A stretch of DNA of 64,000 nt from Mobula hypostoma (Eukaryota): positions 19,532,001-19,596,000 of the forward strand of contig NC_086109.1 of assembly GCF_963921235.1 (NCBI RefSeq). The letters run 5' to 3'. The notes beneath the pieces were generated by a model. It saw nothing but the letters and a program-made list of their open reading frames with translations. It had not been told where the DNA came from and ran no database searches. Within the stretch, counting starts at the first letter, position 1, and every line of letters begins with the position of its first letter. The position numbers were made by a program, and so were the translations under genes. Shown here piece by piece: positions 38,901 through 49,795 of the stretch.

Positions 38901-39699
38901 TTCTTTTCAGGTAGAGCTAATTATCTTTACCTCATCCAAAGACAGAATTCAGCTTTTCAGTAAATACATGATGGTCGTGCACTTCATGGGACTCAGATGG
39001 CTGAATGAGTTTAAGAGTGGACTTCAGGATGTGTATTGAGGGCCTCTTAATATCATTGCATGAACCCAATAGACTCTTTCTACAACACAGAGGAGTTGAT
39101 ACAATTCTATAAAACTACATGACCTATCCCAAAAAGGGCCTGATTATCTGAAGCAATGGGCTTTAGGTTAAATTCCTTTGCCTAGCAGAAAAGAATATTT
39201 CCCAAGAAAACAAATGAACCCAAATGGTGATCTCCTTGCAACAGGTCCATAAATATTCACGATCGACAAATTTACCTATATACTGTAACAATATATTTAT
39301 TTCTGATGTTCGAGTAGATTTATTGAGTGTAATGTTAGGATTTGTTTACCGTACACACAAAAATAATTTAGCCTAGGGAGACTGAATATGCTAAGGGACA
39401 AATCACATTGAAAATCAACCAACTGAATGAATTAAGAAATTATTCTATAATCTAGTTGTTCACAACAGGGAGGATATTATAAGTGTGCTGTTTGTTGAAT
39501 CTCTGCTGCTTAAATATGCAAGTAAACAAAGCTGGGCTATCAACAGAACAATTTTTATTGAAGGCAGTAACTCTCAACAAAATGGTAGTGTCTGCTAATC
39601 TAATGAATCAATGTCAGGCTACATTTTTTTCTTAAAGGAACACCTCATTAAGCACTCATTGTTTCTTCACTAAAGAAAGAATCAAACTTATACAAGCCA

Positions 39700-40335
39700 T
39701 TGAAACACACACACAAAATGCTGGAGGAGCTCAGCTGGTCAAGCAGCATCTATGGAAAGGAATGAAGAGCTGACACTTCAGGTCAAGATCGTTCATCAGG
39801 ATTGGAAGGGAAGGGGGAAGAAACGAAATAAGAAGGTGGGGGAGGGGAAGGCATACAAGCAAGAGGGTGATGGGTAAACCTCGGTGAAGCACCTTCGATA
39901 ACTCCAAAAGACTGAGGTTTGGTAAAATACTGAAAGGCTTTTATTCGCTGTACAATACGACCTCCACGGTGAGTGTCTGCCCCCGGACTGAGGGGGAGGG
40001 GCAAGGCGAGACGCCTTTATACAGGACTCTGTGGGAGGAGCCACAGGGGCAGTCAGCAGAGGGGCGTGTCCAGGCAGTTAACCCAGTTACAACATATATA
40101 CATGGTTTAGCACACTCAGCAAACTAGAAAGTACATGGGTGAGGGAGGGGGGTGATTCGTGGAAAAGATAAAGGGCTGAAGAAGAAAGAATCTGATAGGA
40201 GAGAAGAGTGGACCATGGGAGAAAGGGAACGGGGAGGGGAACCAGGGGGAATTGATGGGCAGGTGAGGTAAGTGGGGAGCTAGAGTGGAGAATAGAAGAA
40301 GAAGGAAGAGGAGTAGGTAAAATTACTGGAAGTTA
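39700..40335 (-). mobile_element. Penelope-like 3'UTR remnant interrupted by a solo LTR
   Basis: aaaatgctggaggagctcagc...ttcatcaggattgg; the purine-rich tract resumes after 40119. Confidence 0.7.
39885..40114 (-). mobile_element. Solo LTR (230 bp)
   Basis: TG...CA termini; minus strand has TATAAA then AATAAA; 5-bp TSD ctcgg/ctcag (one mismatch). Confidence 0.8.
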
Positions 40336-40342
40336 GAGTTAC

Positions 40343-40762
40343 CAGAAGAAGCCAGTTAAATATGTTGTTCGGATGAACGAAATCTTCTACTCCCAGCTTA
40401 AAGAAGGCAAACATAAAAGAGGCAGACAAGAGAAGAGATTGAAAGATGTCTTAAAAGCCAACATGAAGAAATGTAATATCGACATCAATATTTGGGAAAC
40501 CAATGCCAAGGACAGGAAACTCTGGCAAGCCATCATCGGAGAAGGAACAGCAACTTTCAAAGCCAACAGATGTGCAGAATTAGAAGAAAATGGAAAGAGA
40601 GGCAGCAACAACCAAAGCCCGATCTGCCATCTGGAACCACCTGTCCTGAATGCAGAAGAACTTTCAAAGCCAAGATTGGACTCATAAGCCACTTGAGAGC
40701 CCGTAAGTAGATCAACAGAACGAAGACCATCCTCCTCGACCTCGAGGGATAGCCACGATGAC
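40343..40762 (+). mobile_element. RTE-clade LINE 3' fragment with a C-terminal zinc finger
   Basis: IFYSQLKEGKHKRGRQEKRLKDVLK and CPECRRTFKAKIGLISHLR; gatgac tail; candidate TSD gagttac/gagtcac. Confidence 0.85.
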
Positions 40763-41007
40763 GAGTCACGGATCCACGGAATGCACTGTCAGGGGTGGTG
40801 ATAGAGGTAGATGCATTGGGGACATTTAAGAAACTCTAGATGGATAAAAGAAAAATTGATGGTCATATGGGCAGGAAGAGTTAGATTGATCTGAGAATAG
40901 GTTAAAAAGCTGGTACAGCATTTTGGGGTGAAGGGCCAATTCTGTTGTGCTCTATACTGTATGGTACATGCTCTATATTTTATATAACATTAAAAGGTCA
41001 GTCATAT

Positions 41008-41312
41008 CTTTCTCTCTCTCTCTCTTTCACTTCCTTGCTCTCCTTCTCTTTTGCTCACTCTCTATAGCTCTCTCTCTATCTTTCTCACTCTCTCTTGCTC
41101 TTTCTCTCTTTCTTGCTCTCTTTCTCTTCTGTTTGTCCTTGCTCTCTCTCTTTCTCTTGCACTTTCTCTCACACACACATCCACTTGCTCTTTCTTGCTC
41201 TCTCTCTCTTTCTTTCTCATTCTCTTCCTCTCTCTGGCTCTTATTATCTCTCTTACTCTCTGTCTCTCTCCCACACACACACACTTCTATTTGCTCTCTC
41301 TCTTGCTTTCTC
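41008..41312. repeat. Imperfect (CT)n/(CA)n low-complexity tract
   Basis: Pyrimidine-rich dinucleotide repeats. Confidence 0.95.
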
Positions 41313-41401
41313 ACTAGCTAGTAACCTACACATTACAAGTTCCACACATCAAAGTTGCTGGTGAACGCAGCAGGCCAGGCAGCATCTGTAGTAAGAGGTG
41401 C

Positions 41402-41437
41402 AGTCGACGTTTCAAGCCGAGACCCTTCGTCAGGACT
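41402..41437 (-). ncRNA. Minimal type I hammerhead ribozyme
   Basis: agtc-CTGACGA-agggtctcggctt-GAAA-cg-TC-gact: complete core and perfect 4-bp stem I. Confidence 0.85.
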
Positions 41438-41736
41438 AACTGAAGGAAGAGTGAGTAAGGGATTTGAAAGTGGGAGGGGGAGGGGGAGATCCAAAATGAT
41501 AGGAGAAGACAGGAGGGGGAGGGATGGAGCCAAGAGCTGGAGAGGTGATAGGCAAAAGGGATACGAGAGGATCATGGGACAGGAGGTCCGGGGAGAAAGA
41601 AAAGGGGGAGGGGGGGAAAACCCAGAGGATGGGCAAGGGGTATAGTCAGAGGGACAGAGGGAGAAAAAGGAGAGTGAGAGAAAGAATGTGTGTATAAAAA
41701 TAAGTAACAGATGGGGTACGAGGGGGAGGTGGGGCA

Positions 41737-43503
41737 TTAGCGGAAGTTAGAGAAGTCGATGTTCATGCCATCAGGTTGGAGGCTACCCAGACGGAATATA
41801 AGGTGTTGTTCCTCCAACCTGAGTGTGGCTTCATCTTTACAGTAGAGGAGGCCGTGGATAGACATGTCAGAATGGGAATGGGATGTGGAATTAAAATGTG
41901 TGGCCACTGGGAGATCCTGCTTTCTCTGGCAGACAGAGCGTAGGTGTTCAGCAAAGCGGTCTCCCAGTCTGCGTCGGGTCTCGCCAATATATAAAATGCC
42001 ACATCGGGAGCACCGGACGCAGTATATCACCCCAGCCGACTCACAGGTGAAGTGTTGCCTCACCTGGAAGGACTGTTTGGGACCCTGAATAGTGGTAAGG
42101 GAGGAAGTGTAAGGGCATGTGTAGCACTTGTTCCGCTTACACGGATAAGTGCCAGGAGGGAAATCAGTGGGGAGGGATGGGGGGGACGAATGGACAAGGG
42201 AGTCGCGTAGGGAGCGATCCCTGCGGAATGCAGAGAGGGGGAGGGAAAGATGTGCTTAGTGGTGGGATCCCATTGGAGGTGGCGGAAGTTACGGAGAATA
42301 ATATGTTGGACCCGGAGGCTGGTGGGGTGGTAGGTGAGGACCAGGGGAACCCTATTCCTAGTGGGGTGGCGGGAGGATGGAGTGAGAGCAGGTGTACGTG
42401 AAATGGGGGAGATGTGTTTAAGAGCAGAGTTGATAGTGGAGGAAGGGAAGGGAAAAAGGAAGACATCTCCCTCGTCCTAGAATGAAAAGCCTCATCCTGA
42501 GAGCAGATGCGGCGGAGACGGAGGAATTGCGAGAAGGGGATGGCATTTTTGCAAGAGACAGGGTGAGAAGAGGAATAGTCGAGATAGCTGTGAGAGTCAG
42601 TAGGCTTATAGTAGACATCAGTGGATAAGTTGTCTCCAGAGACAGAGACAGAAAGATCTAGAAAGGGGAGGGAGGTGTCGGAAATGGACCAGGTAAACTT
42701 GAGGGCAGGGTGAAAGTTGGAGGCAAAGTTAATAAAGTCAACGAGCTCTGCATGCGTGCAGGAAGCAGCGCCAATGCAGTCGTCGATGTAGCGAAGGGAA
42801 AGTGGGGAACAGATACCAGAATAGGCACGGAACATAGATTGTTCCACAAAGCCAACAAAAAGGCAGGCATAGCTAGGACCCATACGGGTGCCCATAGCTA
42901 CACCTTTAGTTTGGAGAAAGTGGGAGGAGCCAAAGGAGAAATTATTAAGAGTAAGGACTAATTCCGCTAGACGGAGCAGAGTGGTGGTAGAGGGGAACTG
43001 ATTAGGTCTGGAATCCAAAAAGAAGCGGAGAGCTTTGAGACCTTCCTGATGGGGGATGGAAGTATATAGGGACTGGACATCCATGGTGAAAATAAAGTGG
43101 TGGGGGCCAGGGAACTTAAAATCATCGAAAAGTTTAAGAGCATGAGAAGTGTCACGAACATAGGTAGGAAGGGGGGATAAAACCGTGTCGAGGTATGCAG
43201 AAACGAGTTCGGTGGGGCAGGAGCAAGCTGAGACAATAGGTCAGCCAGGACAGGCAGGTTTGTGGATCTTGGGTAGGAGGTAGAAACGGGAAGTGCGAGG
43301 TGTGGGAACTATAAGGTTGGTAGCAGTGGATGGGAGATCACCTGAGCGGATAAAGTCGGTGATGGTGTGGGAGACAATGGCCTGGTGCTCCTTAATGGGG
43401 TCACGATCGAGGGGTAAATAAGAGGAGGTATCCGTGAGTTGTCGCTGTGCCTCGGCAAGGCAGAGGTCAATACACCAGACTACAACAGCACCCCCCTTAT
43501 CGG
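41737..43503 (-). pseudogene. PLE RT plus GIY-YIG endonuclease ORF, 5'-truncated and lightly disrupted
   Basis: ADKGGAVVVW, LPKIHKP, DVQSLYTSIP, GVAMGTRMGPSYA, RYIDD; endonuclease VIYC..C....YIGET..RF.EH..GMN; in-frame stop at 43241 and a frameshift near 42450. Confidence 0.95.
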
Positions 43504-43524
43504 CCCCCCCATCCCTCCCCACTG

Positions 43525-43982
43525 TTCATTCGTCCCCCCCATCCCTCCCCACTGATTTCGCTCCTGGCACTTATTCGTGTAAGCGGAACAAGTGCTACAC
43601 ATGCCCTTACACTTCCTCCCTTACCACTATTCAGGGCCCCAAACAGTCCTTCCAGGTGAGGCAATGCTTCACCTGTGAGTCGGCTGGGGTGATATACTGC
43701 ATCCGGTGCTCCCGATGTGGCCTTTTATATATTGGCGAGACCCGACGCAGACTGGGAGACCGCTTTATTGAACACCTATGCTCTGTCCGCCAGAGAAAGC
43801 AGGATCTCCCAGTGGCCACACATTTTAAATCCACATCCCATTCCCATTCTGACATGTCTATCCACGGCCTCCTCTACTGTAAAGATGAAGCCACACTCAG
43901 GTTGGAGGAACAACACCTTATATTCCGTCTGGGTAGCCTCCAACCTGATGGCATGAACATCGACTTCTTTAACTTCCGCTAA
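43525..43982 (+). pseudogene. PLE Cys-rich linker and GIY-YIG endonuclease (second copy, no RT)
   Basis: ORF 43434-43982: CKRNKCYTC...VIYCIRCSRCGLLYIGETRRRLGDRFIEH...GMNIDF. Confidence 0.92.
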
Positions 43983-44270
43983 TGCCCCACCTCCCCCTCG
44001 TACCCCATCTGTTACTTACACACATTCTTTCTCTCACTCTCCTTTTTCTCCCTCTGTCCCTCTGAATATACCCCTTGCCCATCCTCTGGGTCACCCCCCC
44101 CGCCTTGTCTTTCTTCCCAGACCTCCTGTCCCATGATCCTCTCGTATCCCTTTTGCCAATCACCTGTCCAGCTCTCGGCTCCATCCCTCCCCCTCCTGTC
44201 TTCTCCTATCATTTTGGATCTCCCCCTCCCCCTCCAACTTTCAAATCCCTTACTCACTCTTCCTTCAGTT

Positions 44271-44306
44271 AGTCCTGACGAAGGGTCTCGGCCTGAAACG
44301 TCAACT
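44271..44306 (+). ncRNA. Minimal type I hammerhead ribozyme
   Basis: agtc-CTGACGA-agggtctcggcct-GAAA-cg-TC-aact: intact core, one stem I mismatch. Confidence 0.8.
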
Positions 44307-44689
44307 GCACCTCTTCCTAGAGATGCTGCCTGGCCTGCTGCATTCACCAGCAACTTTTATGTGTGTTGCTTGAATTTCCAGCATCTGCAGAATTCCTGTT
44401 GTTTGCGTTTTTAACATTACAAGTTCATCATGTCTGGTGATGAGGTACCTAAGGATATACAGGAGTTTCATTATTTGCTTTGGAATCTTAACAAAATTTA
44501 AGTGTGGGAAGTTTTATGTGGGATGACCGCCCAAACATTTAACAACACAACATTAGAACAGGCATCCAATAAGAATTCACATTTTGTAAGTGACTCTTCT
44601 TTTATGCCAAATGATTTGAATGGGTCAAGTTATAGTAGTCCCTAAAGGTTGCTCAGAGCTGGGACAAGGAGCAGCATTCATAATATCCC

Positions 44690-44870
44690 AACACAGGAGA
44701 CTGTAGATGAGGGAATCTGGAATAAAACTCAATCTGATAGTGGAACTCAGTAGGATCTAGATGAGAGCAGCATCTAGATGAGAGGAAACAGTTCCTCTCC
44801 TCCCCCACCCATCTCCCCATAGTTGCTGCTCGATCCATTGAGTTTTCCCCAGCAGATGGTTTGCTGTTCA
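44690..44870. mobile_element. Short fold-back PLE 3'-end element (degenerate)
   Basis: aactcagtagga...gagcagca is mirrored by tgctgctcgatccattgagtt. Confidence 0.5.
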
Positions 44871-45938
44871 AAATATTCACTGGGCTTAAAGAAAATCTTT
44901 CCTAAGGCAGGCACCCTGGAGTAACAGGTGAGTTCAAAAGGGACTGGATAAGTGCAGAGAAAGAATAAAAAATCAATCTTTGTGGAGAGGGTGGTGAAGT
45001 AAGACTATCAGGATCATTTTGCTCAGTGATTCTGCGATACTATGAAAGGAGGATGTTCGATTTTCATTGATATCACTAGTAAACACAGAGATTTAAGAAT
45101 AAATCCTACATCTATCAGAAAGAGAAATAGATTTTTTTTACCGGAAGTCAATACAGTTTAAAATTTGCCTTATGGCTTTCTTTTCTGCAAAAAGAAGTAA
45201 CAATTGAGCAGGCACTACCATTAAGTATTCCCTTCTTACAGCCATCACGTTGCAGGTCCCTTTCCACTGTGGTCTGAATCTCCTACACATGCCTAAACTG
45301 CTCGTAGAACCGACATATTTCTTCTTGGGAAGATGCAGTCTCCTGTTTTTATTAGCATAGATCTCTAACTCTCTCTGAATTGGCACCTGAATGCAGAGGG
45401 TAAGCTGTAAAGTAAAATATTTGAAATTAATAAGGTGTATTTACTGAGTAGCAATAAATAAAAGTTTGCAGCGGTGAGCCAAATGTAATCAAAACCTTTT
45501 CAACTTCTGAACAAGATTTAAAGTGGTGAGATTGAAAGTGAATCCTTACAGCTGGGTACAAGTGCAAATATGCAGATATGATTTGCAAGCACCCAGTCCA
45601 TAGAATTTAGTTCAGAACATTGTCCGAACTTATCTTCAAGTTTGATCTGTGAGAACTGAATAGATTTGGTCCAATGGTGATGCATTTATTTCTCATTAAT
45701 GTTTACATTAAATTAATATGCTTATTTGATATTATGCCATGGTGTAATGTTGGAGGAGCATCTCCTGGGGAATCCATTATAGCGATCTCAGCACAAGTTC
45801 AATTTATTCACCAATATTATCACGGAATGCAAATGCCATGATGGAATCTGGCCCCATTATGTTTGTGTGGCAATGTTGCACCCCCTGACTCAAACTTTTC
45901 ATAGCATCACTGCCCTTGCATTTTAACAAGGAATTGGC

Positions 45939-46150
45939 TTGGCGGGCTGGTGATGTAGTGGTATGTGCACTGGACTTTGAGGCACGTTGTCCCAGCTTCA
46001 CATCCGGCCAGCTCCTTGCACTATTTCCTTCCCTGCTGGGTTGAGCGTCTAGTTTGCAACTCGGTCTCATAAAAAGCAGAGAAATTACTGAAGAAACAGC
46101 AAGGTTGTCACCCGATGTGCCACGAGGTATGGAGAAGAACAAAAAAAAAA
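45939..46150 (+). mobile_element. tRNA-headed SINE with A-rich tail
   Basis: A-box-like tgatgtagtgg, A-run tail, and attggc on both flanks as a possible TSD. Confidence 0.6.
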
Positions 46151-46619
46151 GCATTGGCGTGACATTTTTATATAGTTATAAAATGCTAGACACACCAAGT
46201 GAATGATTTAAGGGTCAGAAAAGTAATGAAGCCTTTCTTCCACCATTTAAATTACAAGTTTATTACAACTTTCTATAATGATTTGGCTCTGTTTCTAATT
46301 TCATTTCCCCATCATCAGTTTCCCCACCAATGAAGTTTCCTATCCTTTCAGTCAGAAGCCATTCGCATCTCAATTTTGCCAGAAGCAAACTCTAGTCTAT
46401 CTGCAACTGGACTATCGATACCTTTACTGCCCTCCCACCCACCAATCCACACCACAAGGAGAAAAGTAATTTTCTCATCATTCATAGACGATCTTAAATC
46501 TTTCTCCTCTACTACTGGGTTTACCCACCTTGTTTTTGAGTGCTTCAAATGAAAATACAGACTGTGTTTTTAAACAAATATGCTCAGTTCTGTGAGTTAC
46601 TTTGTCAGTTGATAACCAT

Positions 46620-47000
46620 TACCATCATTTTCTTCATTGTGTGCCATATCGTATCACATGGGTGATCACGGTCTTTGACCATGATTGTTCTTGGCGAATT
46701 TTTCTACAGGATTGGTTTACCATTGCCTTCTTCTGGGGAGTGTCTTTACAAGACGGCTGACCCAGCCATTATCAGAGATTGTCTGCCTGGAGTCAGTGGT
46801 CACATAACCAGGAGTTGTGATATGCACCAGCTGCTCATACAACCATCCACCACCAGTTCCCATGTCTTCGCATGAACCTGATTGGGGTGGGGGGTGGTGG
46901 AGGAGGCTACATTTTGTCCATGGGTGGCCTGCAGGGTAGAAGAGGGAAGGAGCGAATTACACCTCCTTTGGTATAGACGTATCTCCACCCTGCCACCTGA
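46620..47000 (-). mobile_element. Probable RTE-related non-autonomous element
   Basis: Reverse strand ...ggcaatggtaaaccaatcctgtagaaaaattcgccaagaacaatcatgg... ending in a gaa/atg-type tail. Confidence 0.45.
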
Positions 47001-47064
47001 AGTTGATAATACAAGGTCCATTATCAATTATTTATAGCATCCAAGTGGACAATCCAATTTCCAG

Positions 47065-47310
47065 ACACAAGAGGTTCTGCAAATGCTGGAAATCTTGAGC
47101 AACACACACAACATGCTGGAGGAACTCACCGTATCTGGGAGCATCTATGGAGGGGAATAAATAGTCAACATTTTGGGCCAAGGCCAAGAATCATGGCTGC
47201 TTCCGTCCCTTCCAGTCCTGATGAAGGTTCTTGGCCTGAAACATCAACTATTCATTCCCCTCCCTCCATAGATGTTTCTGACCTGCTGGGCTCCTCAAGC
47301 ATTTTGTGAG
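47065..47310. mobile_element. Short fold-back PLE 3'-end element
   Basis: atgctggaggaactca...catctatggagggga is mirrored by ccctccatagatg...agcattttgtg. Confidence 0.8.
47214..47249 (+). ncRNA. Minimal hammerhead motif (CpG-decayed)
   Basis: agtc-CTGATGA-aggttcttggcct-GAAA-ca-TC-aact. Confidence 0.6.
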
Positions 47311-47389
47311 CATTATTAGTCTTGGAGTAAAGCAACCATCTCTTTCTGTCGATCCTGTCTGTCATTTTTCAGCATCACAGATACCCTGA

Positions 47390-47835
47390 CATTAGCACTC
47401 TTAGCCGCAAGCAGGAAGCTGCTTCTTCTCGTCCAAGACTTGACTACAGAGGCTAGACAATGTCATACAGTACTGAAAGAGTGTCACACAGTTGGAGGTG
47501 GTGAGGCTAAATCAAAGCCTCCTCTGCCCTTTCTGGAGGAGATAATGGATCCCATGAATTCACTGTGAAGAAGAATAATGAAGTGCTCCCTAGCAACCTC
47601 GACAGCAGTTATCACTCAACCAGCAACACTAATTAATGGGATGTGGGAGAACCAACAGGGCCAGCATATATTGCACAGTTCAGTCGTTATCATATTGCTA
47701 AATGTGGCATCCAGATGTGAGCACATGGGCTGCTATGTTTTTGAAAATCCACCAGTGCTTGCTCTGCAAATGTGCTTTACTGACATCAAGCTGCTTCGGG
47801 GCACTCCGAGTATGAATGGTACCATAAATGTTCCT
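47390..47835 (+). mobile_element. Deu-domain SINE, near full length, diverged
   Basis: cagtactgaaagagtg...ggaggtg...ctgccct...gatcccatg...gaagaaga...tcaacca...ggctgc. Confidence 0.65.
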
Positions 47836-48162
47836 TGCTCCAAGCTACGATCCATGCTTCCATCGGGCTTTCCGTGTGGGTCAACGTGTGGCTGACTGTG
47901 GAGCTGAATGAAGTTTTCAGGGAGTCATCGATTTCAGTGCAGTGTCAAAGCCTGCGGAGACATTGCTGCAGGACTGGTGATTGGGCAGAAAACGGTCAAG
48001 CAGATTTTCCAGAAATGATTTACATTCCATGGGGGATGGAGGCTGTGGTTAGAAAGCTGAGGACTTTTAATTGTTGGTTCATTTTAAAAAAAAATTTAGA
48101 CATACAGCCTGGTGACAAATCCTTTTGATCCAATGAGCCCACAGAAGCCAATCACACCTGTA

Positions 48163-48692
48163 TCAGAATCAAAATCAGGTTTAATATCACCAGCATAAGT
48201 TGTAAAATTTGTTAACTTTGTAGCAACGGTGCAATGCAATACATGATAATATAAACAAAAAATATTGTGAATTACATAAAATTAAATAAGTAAGGCAAAA
48301 AAATTAGAAATAAAAAATAGTGAGGTCGTGTTCATGGGTTCAATGTCCATTCAGAAATTGGATGGGAGAGGGGAAGAAGCTCTTCCTGAATCGCTGAGTG
48401 TGTGCCTTCAGGCTTCTATACCTCCTTCCTGATGGTAACAATGAGTAGAGGTCATGACCTGGGTGATGGGGGTCCTTAATGATGGACGCCACCTTTTTGA
48501 GGCACCGCTCCTTGAAGATGTCCTGGATACTGCGGAAGCTAGTGCCCATGATGGAGCTGACTAATTTTGCAAGTTTCTGCATCTTACTTCGATCCTGTGC
48601 AGTAACCCTCAACTACCAACCCCCCACCCTTCCCCCCATACCAGACAGTGATGCAGCCAGTTAGAATTCTCTCCATGGTACATCTGTAGATA
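48163..48692 (-). mobile_element. Rex1/Babar-like 3' fragment nested in an HE1-like SINE (~48095-48765)
   Basis: ORF 48340-48612 (KDPHHPGHDLYSLLPSGRRYRSL); SINE halves on both sides. Confidence 0.85.
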
Positions 48693-48889
48693 TTTGACCA
48701 ATATAACCAATTAAGCTTCTAACCTGTACGTTTTTGGAATGTGAGAAGAAACCAGAGCAACCAGAAAGCATTCCTAGATCTGCCCTTCAGACTGCATTAA
48801 ATGGCCTGTTATCAGCCAGAATTATTGCTAGAGGTCTATAGGTCATCACAAATAGGACATCCCTAGGAGGAGCTCTACATTATGGTATA

Positions 48890-49110
48890 ACAGTATAGTT
48901 GGTTCCCCTACAGCATACTAGAACATTTATCTGGAGATAAGAATTCAAAGCCCACCATACTAGCTGGGAAGTTCAGTTATTTAATAAATCTGCTTTAAAG
49001 AATAGGATTTGAATTGGTGACTTTGAAAATGCTGAATTGTTGTTAAAAGCCTTCTGGTTCAGTAATCTTCTTTAGGGACAGAACTGTTCCTGAACCAGCA
49101 TAAGTAACTG
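48890..49110 (+). mobile_element. Old tRNA-derived SINE fragment (same family as 463-803)
   Basis: ttcaaagcccacca...agctggga...ttaataaatctg...tctggttcagtaat...tttaggga. Confidence 0.5.
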
Positions 49111-49281
49111 TATGGAGAGAGATCTCTGTAGACGAGTGATTGCACTCTCTCTCTCTTTCTTTCATTGGAGGGGAGAGGTTGCTGCTGATTCTCGAGTCGG
49201 AGAATTTCAGAAGAAAAAGTGAAGTGGCAGAATATAACCTCATATCAGCAACTGTTTGTTCATCTTCCCTTTCACTGTGAA

Positions 49282-49795
49282 GTGTATGGGGTGTCAGGGA
49301 GGGGTAGCACCTCTGGTGGGGGAACATGTCGCATCTTTTTCAAGGTGGTTAGTCCACCTTCAGTCCCCACCTGGCACTCAACTCTCACCTGTAGCTGTTT
49401 GCATGGGACAGCGGCCACACCTCGGGCAATGGCTTCGACAAGCCGGCTAAACCCTTGGTGAGATAGATAGTTGTCTATCCCAGCATGTGAAGACAGACTC
49501 CGGCAGATTAAGCGGGCGAGACTTATGGAAGGTCCAACGGTCAAGAAGGCGGTCTCTGCAAGAGTCGTGGAACGTGTGGAGCACAAGACACAGAAGATGT
49601 TCTAGTCATCCACTGCGCCTAGTCTCATCTCCAGCCGTCTCGACTCTGTCTTGCCACTGGTCCCAGATGGGAATTGGGAAGAGAGAGTGAGGCTGACACT
49701 GCGCAACTCTCCCTGACTTAAATCTAAATCAAACGCTAGTCTCGACACCATCATGGTGTTTGAGGTCTTCATCAGTGATGACGATGGACGAACAA
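49282..49795 (+). mobile_element. CpG-rich non-autonomous retroelement, probably RTE-derived
   Basis: No RT ORF; gatgacgatggacgaacaa tail; candidate TSD cactgtgaa/cacagtgaa. Confidence 0.55.

Larger units (their letters stand above)
41343..44413. mobile_element. Young Penelope-like retroelement insertion, two head-to-head copies (Neptune-like)
   Basis: Minus copy 41343-43503 and plus copy 43504-44413; ~850-bp inverted repeat; 13-bp TSD acattacaagttc at 41330-41342 and 44414-44426. Confidence 0.95.

Noticed and set aside
40947..41364. RE- and SL-rich ORFs
   Set aside because: Artefacts of the (CT)n low-complexity tract.
42164..43084. 306-aa RT ORF as an intact or domesticated gene
   Set aside because: 5'-truncated, upstream in-frame stop at 43241, frameshift before the endonuclease, and bounded by a TSD.
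45138..45400. Possible ~147-nt minus-strand exon (VPIQRELEIY...)
   Set aside because: Plausible acceptor but weak donor and unrecognised peptide; compatible with chance.
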